Source: Felis catus (taxonomy: Eukaryota). From it: DNA of 64,000 bases. Numbering within the stretch: position 1 is the first letter of the stretch; every line of letters begins with the position of its first letter. The notes below the pieces were generated by a model, which was given only the letters and a program-made list of their open reading frames with translations, was not told the origin of the DNA and did not search any database. The translations under genes and the position numbers were made by a program. Below are positions 25,373-38,539 of the stretch, piece after piece. The stretch lies in contig NC_058368.1 in the NCBI RefSeq assembly GCF_018350175.1, positions 196,666,001 to 196,730,000 on the forward strand. The letters run 5' to 3'.

Positions 25373-27444
25373 CATCTCGCTTACATTAAAAAAAAAAAAA
25401 AATCTAATCTTCCCACTGTCTTCCAAATTAGTACAAAACTCCTAAGGAGACTTCTAGGAGAACAGTAAGACGAGTAATTGATCTTAGTCCACACAGAAAT
25501 CCTTACAGCATCCTCTGAAATAAGACACGGGAGCCACAGACACAAAGCTAAGCTCCACTAAGAGTAAGTTGAAAATGGAAGGGTTCTGGGCCCAGCCTAA
25601 AAGAACAAACACCCTGAGAGTAGATAAACCAGGCCATTGAAAGGCTCTCTGACAAAAACACTCAAGGCCTTTTCCACGTGGAAGCATCTGGCCCCAGGCC
25701 TGCCAAGCACAACTCAGGGATGTTCAGCCCTTTTCACTGGCGCCCAAGTTCTGGCCATACAGCTGCCCGCTTAAGGTTTAATGCAAAGGCGACCCAATGG
25801 GAGGTCATCAGGTCTGGTGAGAGTGAGTTCTCCAGCCCAGAGAGCAAAATGGGTTCTAGAATTCCAAACTGGGCTAGGAGGCCAAGCCACACCCAGCTAA
25901 CCAGGAAGGGTGGCCAGATACCAGTGACTGGATGGAGCTCTTCTCACCAGCCGGCCAGGTTCATTAACACTGTCAATCTCCTCCCGTAACATCAGTGTTC
26001 ACTGATGCCCACGGTGCCCCAGGGCCGCAGGGAGGACCCCCGAGGGCATCCACACTTCAACTCCCGCTGGCTGGGTTGCCTGTGTACCTGGGGTCAGCTC
26101 TGCTTCTTCTCAAACCTGTTTGTTACTAGACATTCTTGATCCAACTGAATGAATCCCCAGTCTGGAAACAGGAGCCCTGGTACAGTGGGTGTGGCCTATA
26201 TACAGGAGATGAGCTGGGAGAACCCTAAGTGGGTTCAGCTGGTACCCAAACAGCTCTATAGCAAAAGACTGGAAATAATGTACATGTCATGAGGCTTCAT
26301 TATTATGTTTTATGATTTTGTGCTCTTATTGACTGACTTTTTCCTAAGAATTCCCCTCTCCAGACCCCACCCCACCCCGCTACTGTTCCCACTCTCATCA
26401 GATTAGATGCCTATTGTACATGGATTGTAGCCTGCCCAGCACTGGAAATAAATACCTACGATGGACTACAAACAGCACAGAAACCAGGGGCTTGGGTGCT
26501 GGAAGATTCTGTAGAAAGACTTCTTTTGCAGATAAGGAAACTGAGGCAGTAAGTCTCCCGGGGTGGGTGTTATCTTACTCAGTCATCTCCTTCCCCCTCC
26601 CCGTTGCCTTCAAGTGGCCCCTTATCAAACAGAGATCTGCAAAGTCTCTTGGAGCTATGCCCAGGTGAAGCTACCTGGGGCGGAGTGGCTCCTGAATGCC
26701 CTGGCAGGTGGCTGTGCACGGCCCAGATGCCCCTCCCTTGGCAGCAAGGCTGTAGAAGGTTCCATCAGCTGTGTCCCAGCCCCATCGCACCCCTACTGGC
26801 ACGACAGGCCTGCCTTTCAGAAGGCCCAGGCTGCCCCGGGCCCAGGAGAGTGGTGGACGTTGCGTGATTTATTTTAAAACAGTAAAAGGTTGGACTATAT
26901 CCTGCCACTTGAGCGAGTGAGGGAGCGAGCGAAGGTGTTTTGGGGACAGTGCGATCCGCACGTTGCGTCCGCCTGCAATTGCAGTCAATTTCACGCACTT
27001 GAGTTCAAGGGCTCTTGAATTCAAAGGAGAGTGGCAGGAAAAGTGCTTGGCAAACTGCAAAGCATGTGCAGGTATCTGTTGATTTGTTGAGGCAGAGCTG
27101 GCCCCGGCTCGTCACTTACTAGTCGCAGGGCGTCACCCAGCCTCTTGGCATCTCCTGAGACCAGCCTCCCCTGTGGAACTGTTGTGTGGCTTGAGTTTCC
27201 AGCCTGGGGCCTCTCTGTGCTGGCACTCCCTTCGCCCGGACCGCCTCCTCTCTCTTGCATCTTCGAATGGCTGGTTGCTTCTTACGATCCCCGCAGCAGA
27301 TTAAATGTCCCTCCCAGATGGGCCTTCCTGAGCACTGTATCCTACAGACAGCCCCGTCTCCCTCTTACGGTAACACCACTCTGCGGCAATGCCCTCAATT
27401 AGCACTCTATTCCTTGATATTTCCATTCCCCCCACCACCCCCGG

Positions 27445-27565
27445 TATTTTTAAAACTTGTGGTAAAATATACATAACATAAAATTTGCCATTTTGGCCAC
27501 ATTGAAGCAGACAGTTCAGAGGCATGAAGAAGATTCACACTGTTGTGCAGCCGCCGGCCACCAGC
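27445..27565 (-). mobile_element. L1MB-like 3' end fragment
   Basis: ttgtggtaaaatatacataacataaaatttgccatttt...ttcacactgttgtgca. Confidence 0.75.
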
Positions 27566-28138
27566 CCCTCCAGAGCCCGACCCCGTTTTTCCCGTATCCA
27601 CCTACACCTTGGCGCCTCCCCCAACTGTCTCCCTGGTGCCGAGCGCCATACTCGGCACATAGTAGGTGCTCAATAAACAAAATGAGCTAAAGGTGGACGT
27701 GCCTTGTAAACTGTGCATGACAGTACAAAGAAAGCAGCATGAACATGTTTTTCCACACAGCCCCGAGACGAGGCCAAAATGCCTGGGAGCCTCAGTTACC
27801 GGATAATGATTTCGAGTTTTATCCAACACGGTGGGGGCAAACCCGCCAAGAACTCCTTTTCTTGCCTGGTTCCAGGCCCCTTTGCGAGGTCAAGAATGAA
27901 GATATCCGATCACACAAGCCACCTGACACGAACACTCACCATTTCAACACATCAGCTGTACCCAGAGCAACATTTTATCAGTCGCTGAAGGGCAAGCACA
28001 AAAATAGACCGTGGAGAGCAAATGCCACCCTCGGCGGCGGTTGAAAGGCTCTGGCATACGGTGACCCGAGGCCTGGGGACCCGGGAGGTAGGTCCTCTGT
28101 CACAGTAGCACACAGAAATTGGAAGGTGGAATCAGAGC

Positions 28139-28749
28139 CAGGGTGAGGATGAGGTGAGGGAGGCACCCAGCCCCCACCCCCCGCCTTGGGCACCAAAAAA
28201 CTCAGTAATCAAAACAGATTGTCTCTAGTGCAACACTCTGAAAAAAATCAAAATTAATGCAAAAACCCCACGATGAGCAAAATATCAAAATTCTAAATAA
28301 AGAGAGGCCAGTGGTACTGGTTTTTCCTTCTGCTCCAGGCATCTATATGGCTCTGTATGGCAACTCTTACTGCTCCTGCCTTTATTTAAAGATTTGGTAT
28401 TTTGTTCTGCATGGATATTTAGGCGTCCAGTTTTATTATTTTTAAACACTGCCTGAAAATATGATTAGCAGGGGTGCCATGGGTGGCTCAGTTCGTTAAG
28501 CGTCCAACTCTTAACCTCAGCTCAGGTCTTGTCCTTGATCTCAGGGTCACGACTTCAGGTCCCACACTGGGCTCCATGCTGAACCTGAAGCCTACTTTAA
28601 AAGAAAAAAAAGAGAGAAAGAAAGACAAGGGGGAAAAAAAAACCCCACAAAACCCTATGAATTGTCTTGATTACTGACTTTTTTGGCATCTCCTTTAATT
28701 CTGTACCTGAACCATGTGTCTCCTTTGCCTCCCCCTAATGCCAGCCTGG
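28139..28749. mobile_element. MER96B-like palindromic hAT MITE with a CAN-SINE inserted at 28471-28642
   Basis: Arms are inverted repeats: aaaaactcagtaatcaaaac vs gtcttgattactgacttttt, and caaaatatcaaaattctaaataaag vs ctttatttaaagatttggtattttg. Confidence 0.75.
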
Positions 28750-29104
28750 ATGAGACGCTGAGTTACTCTATGTGCAGATGGCTCAAATGAGATCAGTCAC
28801 GTCCAAGATCACGTCACTCCGGGCCTCTGTTTGCACATCTCTACAAAGGGACCCGTAACCCTCTGGTTGCTGTGGAATTATCCCAGACCAGCCCAGTGTG
28901 CTATTTTAGACGGAAAAATGCTTGGGAAAACTCTGAGGTGCTGTCTGCATGATGAGGAACTGTTATTAAAATTTTATCAAAGGTAGTGAGTGGTCCGACT
29001 GAGTGGGAGGCAGCACTCAGTTCAGCAAAACACTTGCCCTATTTAGAATGAAGGAGGGAAGTTTGCTAAATGAATAGATTTTGCTTAAGAAGAGACAGAA
29101 ATGA

Positions 29105-29345
29105 GGGGCGCCTGAGTGGCTCAGTCAGTTAAGCGTCCGACTTCGGCTCAGGTCATGATCTCAAAGTTTGTGGGTTCAAGCCCCGCGTCCGGCTCTGTGC
29201 TGACAGCTTAAAGCCTGGAGCCTGCTTCAGATTCTGTGTCTCCCTCTCTCTCTGCCCCTCCCCTGCTCTCTCTCACTCTCTCTCTCTCTCTCTCTCTCTC
29301 TCAAAAATAAATAAACATTAAAAAAAATTAAAAAAATACAAAAAG
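29105..29345 (+). mobile_element. Feline CAN-SINE with long (CT)n
   Basis: Head GGGGCGCCTGAGTGGCTCAG, (CT)n, AATAAA and A-tail. Confidence 0.93.
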
Positions 29346-29639
29346 AGAAAGAGATGGGAGCAGGTTCATGGTTCTCCCTGCGACCAAGCCATCCCCTCCC
29401 GTCTTGATCCCATTCCTGAATGGGAAGAAAGGCAGAGGGTTGCAGCTCGCCCTGGCAAATGTGCCCACCCGATGTGGCTGAAAGGGGTGACCGCTGACAT
29501 TCTCATCAAGTCGTGGCAATCCTAAACTGGCTGACGCTTTCCTTCCTCGGCACATTTTGTGAGGTTTCCTCAAAACCTGAATTTCCTCAGGAGATGGGGG
29601 GGGGGGGGCGGGGTTGGCTAGCAGGTGCCAGCTGGGAGA

Positions 29640-29815
29640 TGGATGAAAAAGCACCTGGCTTTGGTCATATGACAAAGAAAGTTCTGGAAGTGGATAGCAG
29701 TGACGTTTGTGTGACATCGTGAATGTGCCGAATGCCACCGAATTGTACACTTCAAAAATGTTTAATTTTAGGTTATGTATATTTTACCACAATAAAATAA
29801 AAACAAACATAAAAA
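29640..29815 (+). mobile_element. L1MB-like 3' end fragment
   Basis: aaagttctggaagtggatag...gaattgtacactt...tatgtatattttaccacaataaaa. Confidence 0.75.
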
Positions 29816-32800
29816 AATCCCAGAGACCTAAAAAAAAAAAAAAAAAGTAGCCAGCACACTCCGTCTGGAGGTATTCTCTGGGGTCCTACAGTGTCCGTGT
29901 TCTTTGGTTCTATTTATGTGTCTCTTCCCCCAGCTGCCAGGAGAGACAGGGAGCTGGGCCAGGGCTCGGCTGAGAAGCCCTTTTGCCTGTTAGCACCGTT
30001 ATAAATAACCCAGAAGGAGGCAGCAAAGGGGTCCTGGCAGGGGAGTGAAGGTCAGGCAGCCCCTTTGTGGCATTTGAGGAAATGTCACGCTCCACAGGCC
30101 AGCAAGGTGCCAGCTCACATCTCCAGCCCGGCGCTGCCCAGCGCTGACTGCGACCTCGCTCTCATGCCAGGGACCCGACGGGGCAGCGGGGCAGCGCTCC
30201 CCCCAGGAAGGGCAGCGCCCAGGGGGCTGGCTCCTGGCGGTTCTGAGCAGAGACAGGGCCGCTGGGTGGGTGGAGGGGTGCTGGGTAGCTGAGGATCACC
30301 CCCCACCCCAGCCTAGCGGGGAGAAGCCGAAGTCAGGTCCCCAGGAACCCAGGCCAGGGCTCGGCCACCGGCACACCAGCCCCAGCCCCTCGGCCGACAC
30401 ACACACCGACCCGCTGAGAGAGAGACACGACTCAGCAACGCTCAACCCACAACTGCCCCTGCTGGGGCTGCTGTGCAGCCTGGGAGCCGGGAGGGGCCTC
30501 ACAGCCCATCTGGTCCCGTGGTTCCCACGCTGGGCTCCCTGGGGAACCCCCTGCATCATCTCTCCCACAGCCCACCAGGGCCCTGGGCTCTGCAGTGGGA
30601 GAGATTATGAGCGGGTTCATTCACTGGTTTCTCCATTTTTATTAACGAAAAACCACGCAGTGGCAACCCATCATACTCCTGTGGAACCTAAGTGAACTCA
30701 ACATTATGAGCTGGGCCAAACACAAATACACGGAAAGCCAAACTTGTGTTTCTTTCTTACATATCAGAAATAGGGTGACACTATATTTTGCACATGAATC
30801 CTCGATTTCCCCATACCTTAATCTTCACACACGCTGTTTCATGGGTAACCGAAGGCCTTGAGGAGGGTTGTTTGAATCCTCAGACTAAAAGGCCACTCCC
30901 CGGGGAGGCGGTCTCCCCCGCTCAGAGCGCCTGAGTGGCACGAGAGTGCGGGTACCCCCCACCCTGCAGATGGAAAGGTAACGCTCAGGGAGGTGACATG
31001 ACTTTGCTAAGCAGGATGTGAATCCAGACCCAGCTCCCAAGTTCTTGGCTGCCCCACCCTCGCCCCCCTCCTCAGGTGACTACTGCCATCAGTAGCACTA
31101 CGGGTGGTTGGGGGGCTCTTTCCCTCGCTCTGTGCAAGTTTATCTACTAGACTTTAAAATAATGGGGAGGGGGAAATGTTCTCAGAGCCCTGCTAGCACC
31201 TTTGAGATTCTTTATGCGTTCAGGAGGCCCAGGTCACAAGCTGCTGGTGTAGACCAACAGACGAGGGAGCCAAGGCCCCCTCCGGGAGGGCATGGGCACT
31301 GCCACCATCACCAGGGAGCAGGAGGCAGAGCTGAGACTAGGGTTAGTCACTCACTCTCCTACTTGAAAGCCTTCCCTGACTCCTCCCTGCCCCTGACAAA
31401 CCCCCAGCGTCCTCACCTGGCTATGAGGCCCGGACTGCCTTCTCCCCCCACCCTCTCGGCTTGGGCTCTCCACCTGGGACACCTCCCTGGGTCCCTGGCC
31501 ACTCTGCCAGCATTCAGTCTCAGTGAGACAGGCCCTTCCCAACACAGAACTCACCTGGCCACAGTGAACCATACATACCCCCACCTGCTATCCGCATCAC
31601 AAAGCCAGGGACTGTCTGTCCCCCCTCCAGAATGCACACCGCACAAGGGCAAGTGGCTGGGCTTTCCTAGAACCGTGGCCGGCACAGAGTCGGTACTCAC
31701 CAAACCTCTGTGGGATAGGTGGGGTAGCCGGGGATGCGGGTACAGCCCCCACTTCCCAGGACAGTTTTGGCATCTCTGCCTCACATTACTGGGATCCCTG
31801 CAAAGTCTCCCTCACGCTCACCGCCCCTCCCCCCACCAGCCTTTCCTGGGGTTGGGGAGGGGGTGATTTCCTTCCATATCCGTTTATTCCCTTAAGGAAA
31901 CTCCTGCCTTTCCTTTTCCAGTGGGTCAGATGATGAGAAACCCAGACCCACGGGCTCCCAGATAAAGCTGGTGGGAAACAGATTCTCTCTGGCCCCAGCA
32001 GGCCCTCCCTGGTCATGGGGTCAGTGAGGGCCAGAGGAGAAGGGAGGCCAAGAAGGCCGGCTTAGCAGACCCCCTCTCACTCACGCCTGAGGCCTGGGCT
32101 CCTTCCAGCCACGGGTGGACCTGCCTTCCGTAGAAGTGTGTTCCCTGCGAACATCACGTGGATCCGTGTCCAACAAATCACCCTTCTCATGTGTCCCACG
32201 AGGTGGTACTGCCCCAGGCTTCTCGGGCAGGGCAGGGCGTCCTTAGTAAGCACTAACAGTGGAGTATCGGACGCCTACACTGTGAAAGGGAAACCGTCCG
32301 ACAGTGCTTGGTTATCACCGAAGCCACGTGATGGGAACGAGGCAGGAAGTGGGGAGTTCTCAGATACAGAACGGTGAGATTTCTCGGGGAGCGGAGCTCC
32401 CGCCGTGCCTGCATATAAGTGCCATCTGAACCTGCGAGGTTTCCCTCGCCCCATTAGAATCGGAGGTCTTCGGGTTCATAGGAATCCTTTATGCTGTAAC
32501 CTAGACGTTCGCCCATTTGATCCTCATAAGACAAAGGTTACGCCATTTTCCCGTCGAGGAAGTTAAAGTTCAGAGAGGGGAAATAATTTGCCTAGAGTCA
32601 TACAGAGAATTAAAGAGAGGAGCGGGACTAGAAACCCCAAGACCGCGGACTCCTGGTCAAAGCAATAATGGAGAACGCTGACCGGAAGTCCCAACCCCGA
32701 CTTCTCCGCGCTATCGGCACGGACTCTTGAATGAGTCCCTCCATTTCTCGGAGCCTCAGTTTCCCCATATGCCAACACTGGCCAGCACTGGAGACCACGG

Positions 32801-33002
32801 TCAGTCAAGTGGGGCTCTGGGACGTGCAGGGTCGGCCCATGACGTCCTGGGCATGGCGGGAAAGCCTCAGATGCCCCGTCAGCAACTAACAAGGGGGAAA
32901 GACGGCGCATACAGAGCGGTGAGCACGGAGACGGAGCTCGTGGCGGTGCGGTCTGCACCGGCGTCACGGGAGGGCGTGGGGAAGATCTGCAAGCTCCTGG
33001 CT

Positions 33003-33165
33003 GCACTCTTCCAAGTGTGGTCCGCGGGCCAGTAGCATCGGCTTCATCTGGAGCTTATTAAATTCTGCAGACTCTCGTGCTGAATCCCCAGACCTCCTGA
33101 TTCAGAATCTGCACTTAAACAAGATCCCCAGATGATTCATAAGCACATTAAAGCTTGGGAAGCAA
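33003..33165. mobile_element. MER5A-like DNA transposon fossil
   Basis: caagtgtggtccgcgggccagtagcatcggc...tcagaatctgcacttaaacaagatccccagatgattc. Confidence 0.75.
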
Positions 33166-35655
33166 AAATGTTTAAATGAGGAGTCGGGTTGGAGCATGTG
33201 ATCTCGGGTTCAACACCTAAATCCTTCGAGCCCCAGCGTCCCCATCTGCGGCGTGCAGATAATGACGTGCTCACAGGCCGTCCTCACAGGACGGCTGCGA
33301 GGGTTGCGTAACGTCACGCATGCCAGCAGCCTTGCCCGGTGCCCGGCAGGTAACAGCCGCCCATACTGCTAGCTTCTTCCCTTCCTGGAAGGCCTCTCTT
33401 TCCATTCCAAGTCCTGCCTGCACATCTGGGAAGCGAAGAAAAGACCCCCACGGGGCAGCAACAGATGGGGACAGGGTGGGAGCAGAGGGAGAGGAGGAGA
33501 GAAGAGGAAATAAGAAGCAAACTAAAAACAAGCAGCAGAGACCGTCCGAATCCCCAGGAGGCAGGCGACATGTGAAACCCAGAGATGCAGCCAGCAGCCG
33601 TTTCAGCTCACGTCCTGCACCGGGGCTATCAAGGACTGCCAGAAGCCACCAGGCCGGGAGGGAGCGAGGAGAGGAGCAAGAGCCACACACCGTGTCCCCT
33701 CGGGCCAACACGTGACAATGCCTTTCCAGGCTGGCTCTGAACCGGTTCTGTGGCCAGGGCAGACATGACACCACCCCAAGGGTCACTGGAGCAACCAGAC
33801 AGAAGCCAGGGGCTCCGGCTGAGCCCTGAGAAGGGTCAGACATGGATCCAGGGACTGTGCTTGACAGTGGGGGGCTGAGCTATGTGATCTTAGCCGAGCG
33901 ATTTAACCCCTCTGGGCCTCAGTCAAACAGAGGATAATAACAGCCCTACCGACCACCTTAGGGTTCTTAAGAGGGCGTCAGGAGAAGGGCTTTGCGTAGC
34001 GTCTGGTGCAGAGTAAGTGCTCAAAAGACAACGGCCATTAGTGAGACTACACCGAAGAGTCCAGAAGGAACTGCTGGTGCTTCCTCACCACCCCCACCCC
34101 CATCACTGAGTTAACCCTTCACTGACCCTGGTGCACACCGCCATCAACTCACACAGGCTCCTGCTTCCCCTCCAGTCCCCCTCCGAGCTTCTGGACACGA
34201 GCCGCCACAGCCATCCCGTCAAGATGCAGATCTGACCCCACCGGGCCCTGTTTAATGCCCAGCCTGCTCCTGCTTGCTCCCAGATGGCGACCAAAATCCT
34301 TCCTGAGGCCTGGAAGGTCCCGTGTGATCTGGGTCCCACCTACCTGCCCCGTATTGTGTCACCATATTAACCCACCCCTACCTCCACTTTTGGCCCCACT
34401 GGCCTCCTTTTCACCTCTGGCGCTTGCCAGGGTCTCTCCCTGCACAGGGTCTATCTATGCACGGGCTGTTCTCTCTGCCTGGAACATCATCCCCACCCAC
34501 GCTTAGCCCTGCTCTGCCTGCGTATCTCTCCTCGCTAGCCTACTTCCCAGGAGAAGCTCTCCTTGAGCCCCGCGGAGCACGTGAGGAGCCCCACCGCACC
34601 CTCTCGCAGCCTTCTAGAGGTCCTGAGCCTTCCAGGCCTCATCGCAGTTACTAACTAAACACTTTTTTGAATGGGCATTTTATTAACGCTCACTGCTACA
34701 TCCCCGGCCCCAGGCACATAGTAAGTGCTTAATAAACACCGCGGTCGCGAATGAACAACCCCATTCTCGAGCAACCACCTCACCCACCCCCTCAGGCCCC
34801 AAGCCTTCACTTTCCACACACACGGAACAAGCCCCAGTGCTGCCTGATCCTCAACCTACATCCATGACCCGCTGGCCCGGCGCCAGAGATCCAAACGTTT
34901 CTAGATCTGATTTTCTTGAAAGCAGCTTTGGGACGTGGCCAGGGGAGGCGTGCACCGCCAGCCTCGGCAGTAAACGCTGATGAAGCTGTCTGGACCAGCT
35001 GAGCTGAGATCAGGAAATGCCAAGATTTAAAAGCATCCGGAACCCATTTATTTATTGTTGTTCTTGCACTTCCAGGCTATTTTAAGCTTCAGATCGATCT
35101 GCTGGCCCTCCTCTCTCCAAACGCCGCTTCAGAAACACCCAACATGCACCTGGCCCTACCTGGCAAGGCTCGGCTGCCCCTGCCCCATATGATACACCAC
35201 GGCAACAGCCACAAAAACGGGTGGCTGTTCTTGTTTACCAGGTGCCTCTGGGACCGGTAGGTGCTTTCACCGAAAGTCCCCAACACTCCCAAAAAGGAAG
35301 TATTACTAGCTCCATCTGAAAGACAGAGAAATTGAAACTCAGAGAGGTGAAGAAACCTGCCCGGGGTCACACAGCTAGAAAGTGCTAGAACTGGGATTCA
35401 ACCCCAGATCTGCTGAATCCAAAAGTCAGGCTCAGCTCCTAGCCACTTGGCTATACTGCCCACCTCATGCCCCCACCAAAGCTCATCGTACACACTGGGA
35501 GTCTTCTCATCCAGCCACCTGCAAGGACCGTACCACCGGTCGAAGCCCCCTGCCCCCACGGGCACTGCCACGAAGGTAGCCACGGTGGGTTGCTAAGTGA
35601 AAGGGGGAAGTTGACATTCTATGATCCTGTCTGTGCTTTTAATAAAAGATGCAGC

Positions 35656-35875
35656 GGGGCGCCTGGGTGGCGCAGTCGGTTGGGCGTCCAACTTCAGCCA
35701 GGTCACGATCTCGCGGTCTGTGAGTTCGAGCCCCGCGTCGGGCTCTGGGCTGATGGCTCGGAGCCTGGAGCCTGTTTCCGATTCTGTGTCTCCCTCTCTC
35801 TCTGCCCCTCCCCCGTTCATGCTCTGTCTCTCTCTGTCCCAAAAATAAATAAAAACGTTGAAAAAAAAAAAAAAA
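35656..35875 (+). mobile_element. Young feline CAN-SINE
   Basis: Near-consensus with CpGs retained and a long A-tail; TSD aaaagatgcRgc. Confidence 0.95.
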
Positions 35876-37619
35876 GATGCGGCATGGATGGAAAGAAGAC
35901 GCACAGGTCACATATTCAGAGATCCTCGCTAGGAGGACAGAAGAAAATATTGAAGAGTTTGGAAACAGGAACAAGGAGTTGGTTGGGGATGGGGGAGGTC
36001 ACAGAATATTTACTTTCTATTTAGGTCCTTCCTTACTCTTCGAGGATTTTATTTCTATTCGGTCACGTACACGCCTCAACCCCTCCTCCAAAGTCCAATT
36101 CATATGCCACCCTGGCTGTGGAGCCTGCCCTGACTGTCCCCGCTTGTCCCTCCTCTCAATCTCCACCATCTGCTGCCTCTATCTCTCAGGCACATAGGCC
36201 ACTGAGCCTGTGTCCTCCAGTGCATACAGATATGAGAGCTCCCAGGCAGGCAGGAGCCCCAGGGCCTGGGTCAGGGTCTCCCCACACTGAGGCCAAGCCT
36301 CTGCTAAGGTAGGGGCATGGAGAGCCTCGATGAATGAGTAACTGTTTCATTTTCTACCTATCTTGGTCCATGGCCTCCTGAAGCCAAGGAAGTTGGAAAC
36401 TCTAAAATGGAGCTTGGAGGCAGGCAGGGAAGGAGGAAAGCAGAGAATCAGAGGGTAAATTCAGCTCCTGGAATCCTGCCCAGTGCTCATCCCTGGGAAA
36501 TGACTCAAGCACTGCTTATGCCAGCAGACGGTCCATTTGGGCCCTGAGGTCACCAAATCTCGTCATGGTCCTGCTTATTAAATATAGAGGAGCGTGAAAT
36601 AAAGCCACCACATCTGGTGTCGGGGCTCTGAGGAAGGGACAGAGAGACAAAGACGGGAGGCAAGGAGTCTGTCCCCTGTCAACCAGTCCTGACTGCTCAC
36701 GGAGGAAGCTCTGGGCTGAAACTGAGACTGGACCCGGCTATCGGACTTGGCTCCTGGCCTTGGTGGGAGCTCAGGGACGGTCCCATGTCACCTCACAGGC
36801 AGCGAGGGGGTCCCTGCCTTCCTCAGTACCCAGCCCTTGCTTGAGGACGTCTGAAAAGGTCACACTTGATACCCATGTCATTGGTACTGTCCAACCACCA
36901 AGTAAAGAGAGGAAGACACACTGGCCACCCCATTTTACAGATGAGGAAACTAAGTCCTAGGGATGGCAAGTAATATGTTGGAGATCATGCAGCAAAGTTA
37001 GTGATACTGGAACTGGACCAAGGCTGCAGCACGGGGAAGAGCCTGAACTAGAACTCCACTGGCTGGAGCTCTGCGACTACAGGAAGCCACCCATTGGCCC
37101 AAGGCCTCAGTTTTCTCATTTGTTTAGTGAGCTGCCTGCTCACAGGGCAGCATGAGAATCTACTGAGCTGGGGCCATGCTTCTCTGTCTCTGATCACATA
37201 CCTACGGGGGACGCAGTGGTCGGCAGAGAAATACAAATGCACAGGCCCTCTCCCCACTCCCCAATATCTGGCCCAATGGAAAATTAAATCATTTCACTTG
37301 GTAAGAAAAACTTTCTTCTATTATAAAAAACAAGGGTACACTGGGACTGTAACGCAAAAGCCGTATTAATCTTTCCAGATAAAATATGAATGGTTTTTGT
37401 GCCGCAGATTCTGTTTAAATCAGTCATAGGTTCAACTGACGGGGCCACTTTGGAAGTAGCAATGGAAACTGTTAACAGCACTGACTCTGGAATCAGAAAG
37501 ATCTGCATTAATTTGAGCTCACTCACTCAACCAGCTGTGTGACCCCGGCCTAGATACTCACCCTCCCTGAGACTTAGCTTCTTTATCTATAAAACGAAAA
37601 CGATAAGATCATGCTTTTA

Positions 37620-38168
37620 AAGCGGAAATCAATCTCTTTTGAGTGACTGGGTCCCACTGGTGAAGCTTACAAGCTTCTGAGAATGTTTACAAAATGTTTA
37701 CAAATAAAATTAAGTAAAATGTTTCAAAGCGCATAAAATAAAACAGCATTATAAAGGAAACCAATGATATCAAAATACACTTATACGATATTAGGAAGAA
37801 TAAATTTGTGTTACAGTAACATCACATGCTTCCTCACTGCAATGTTAAAAAATAAGATCTCGGCGCAAGTATAATAATTACCCATAATTTCAAAGGAGCG
37901 ATGAACATAAATATTCCCAGATAACTGAAATAACTGTAATGTGATATGGAAACAGCTGTGATTCCATTGGTGACAAAGTCACAGCCACCACTAATATTTT
38001 CACGGTTTGTCATCTATGTTCATAATGAATGGAAATTCTAAATTTCACTCAGAGGTTAGCAAAACATTCACTTAGAGCTTAGAGATCATTTTTGTTCTCT
38101 ATCCAAGTTCACAGAGCCCCTAAATTCTAACCCCTGGGGCTGGAGAACGTGAAGGTTAAGAAGCTCAG
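37620..38168. mobile_element. MER119-like hAT-Charlie DNA transposon (AT-rich island)
   Basis: aactgtaatgtgatatggaaa...attggtgacaaagtcacag...tccaagttcacagagcccct...aggttaagaa resembles the recalled MER119 consensus. Confidence 0.7.
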
Positions 38169-38539
38169 TTATAAAACGTTTCACACGGTGCCTGGCTGGT
38201 ACAAGCCGTCCCAGGTTCTGTCCCCACACAGAACAGGGCCCACCTGCGTGCCGTGAGGAGTCCTCGGGGAGTGGCTGGAACAGCCCTGAGCCCATGAGGG
38301 GCCCCGGGCGGGATGTGGGTCACGCAGGGCTGTTGAGTGAGTAAGGGAGGTCCTTAAAACTAAATCCACAAGCTTAGGGCTGGAAGAGGGTTAAGCCCCA
38401 GTTACACGCGCACTTGGGCTGTCTCAGCTCAAAACATGCCATGTCCTTCCTTCCCTGCATTAGCTGTGTCCTCGGCTACTCCGGCAAAGGAGCCCTTTCA
38501 AATCTTGTCCCCTTGACAGCTCACTGGGTTGGTTTATTG

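Noticed and set aside
27445..29815. Two L1MB-like 3' ends in inverted orientation 2.2 kb apart
   Set aside because: Short and diverged, with only about 25 bp of close complementarity; most likely independent old insertions.
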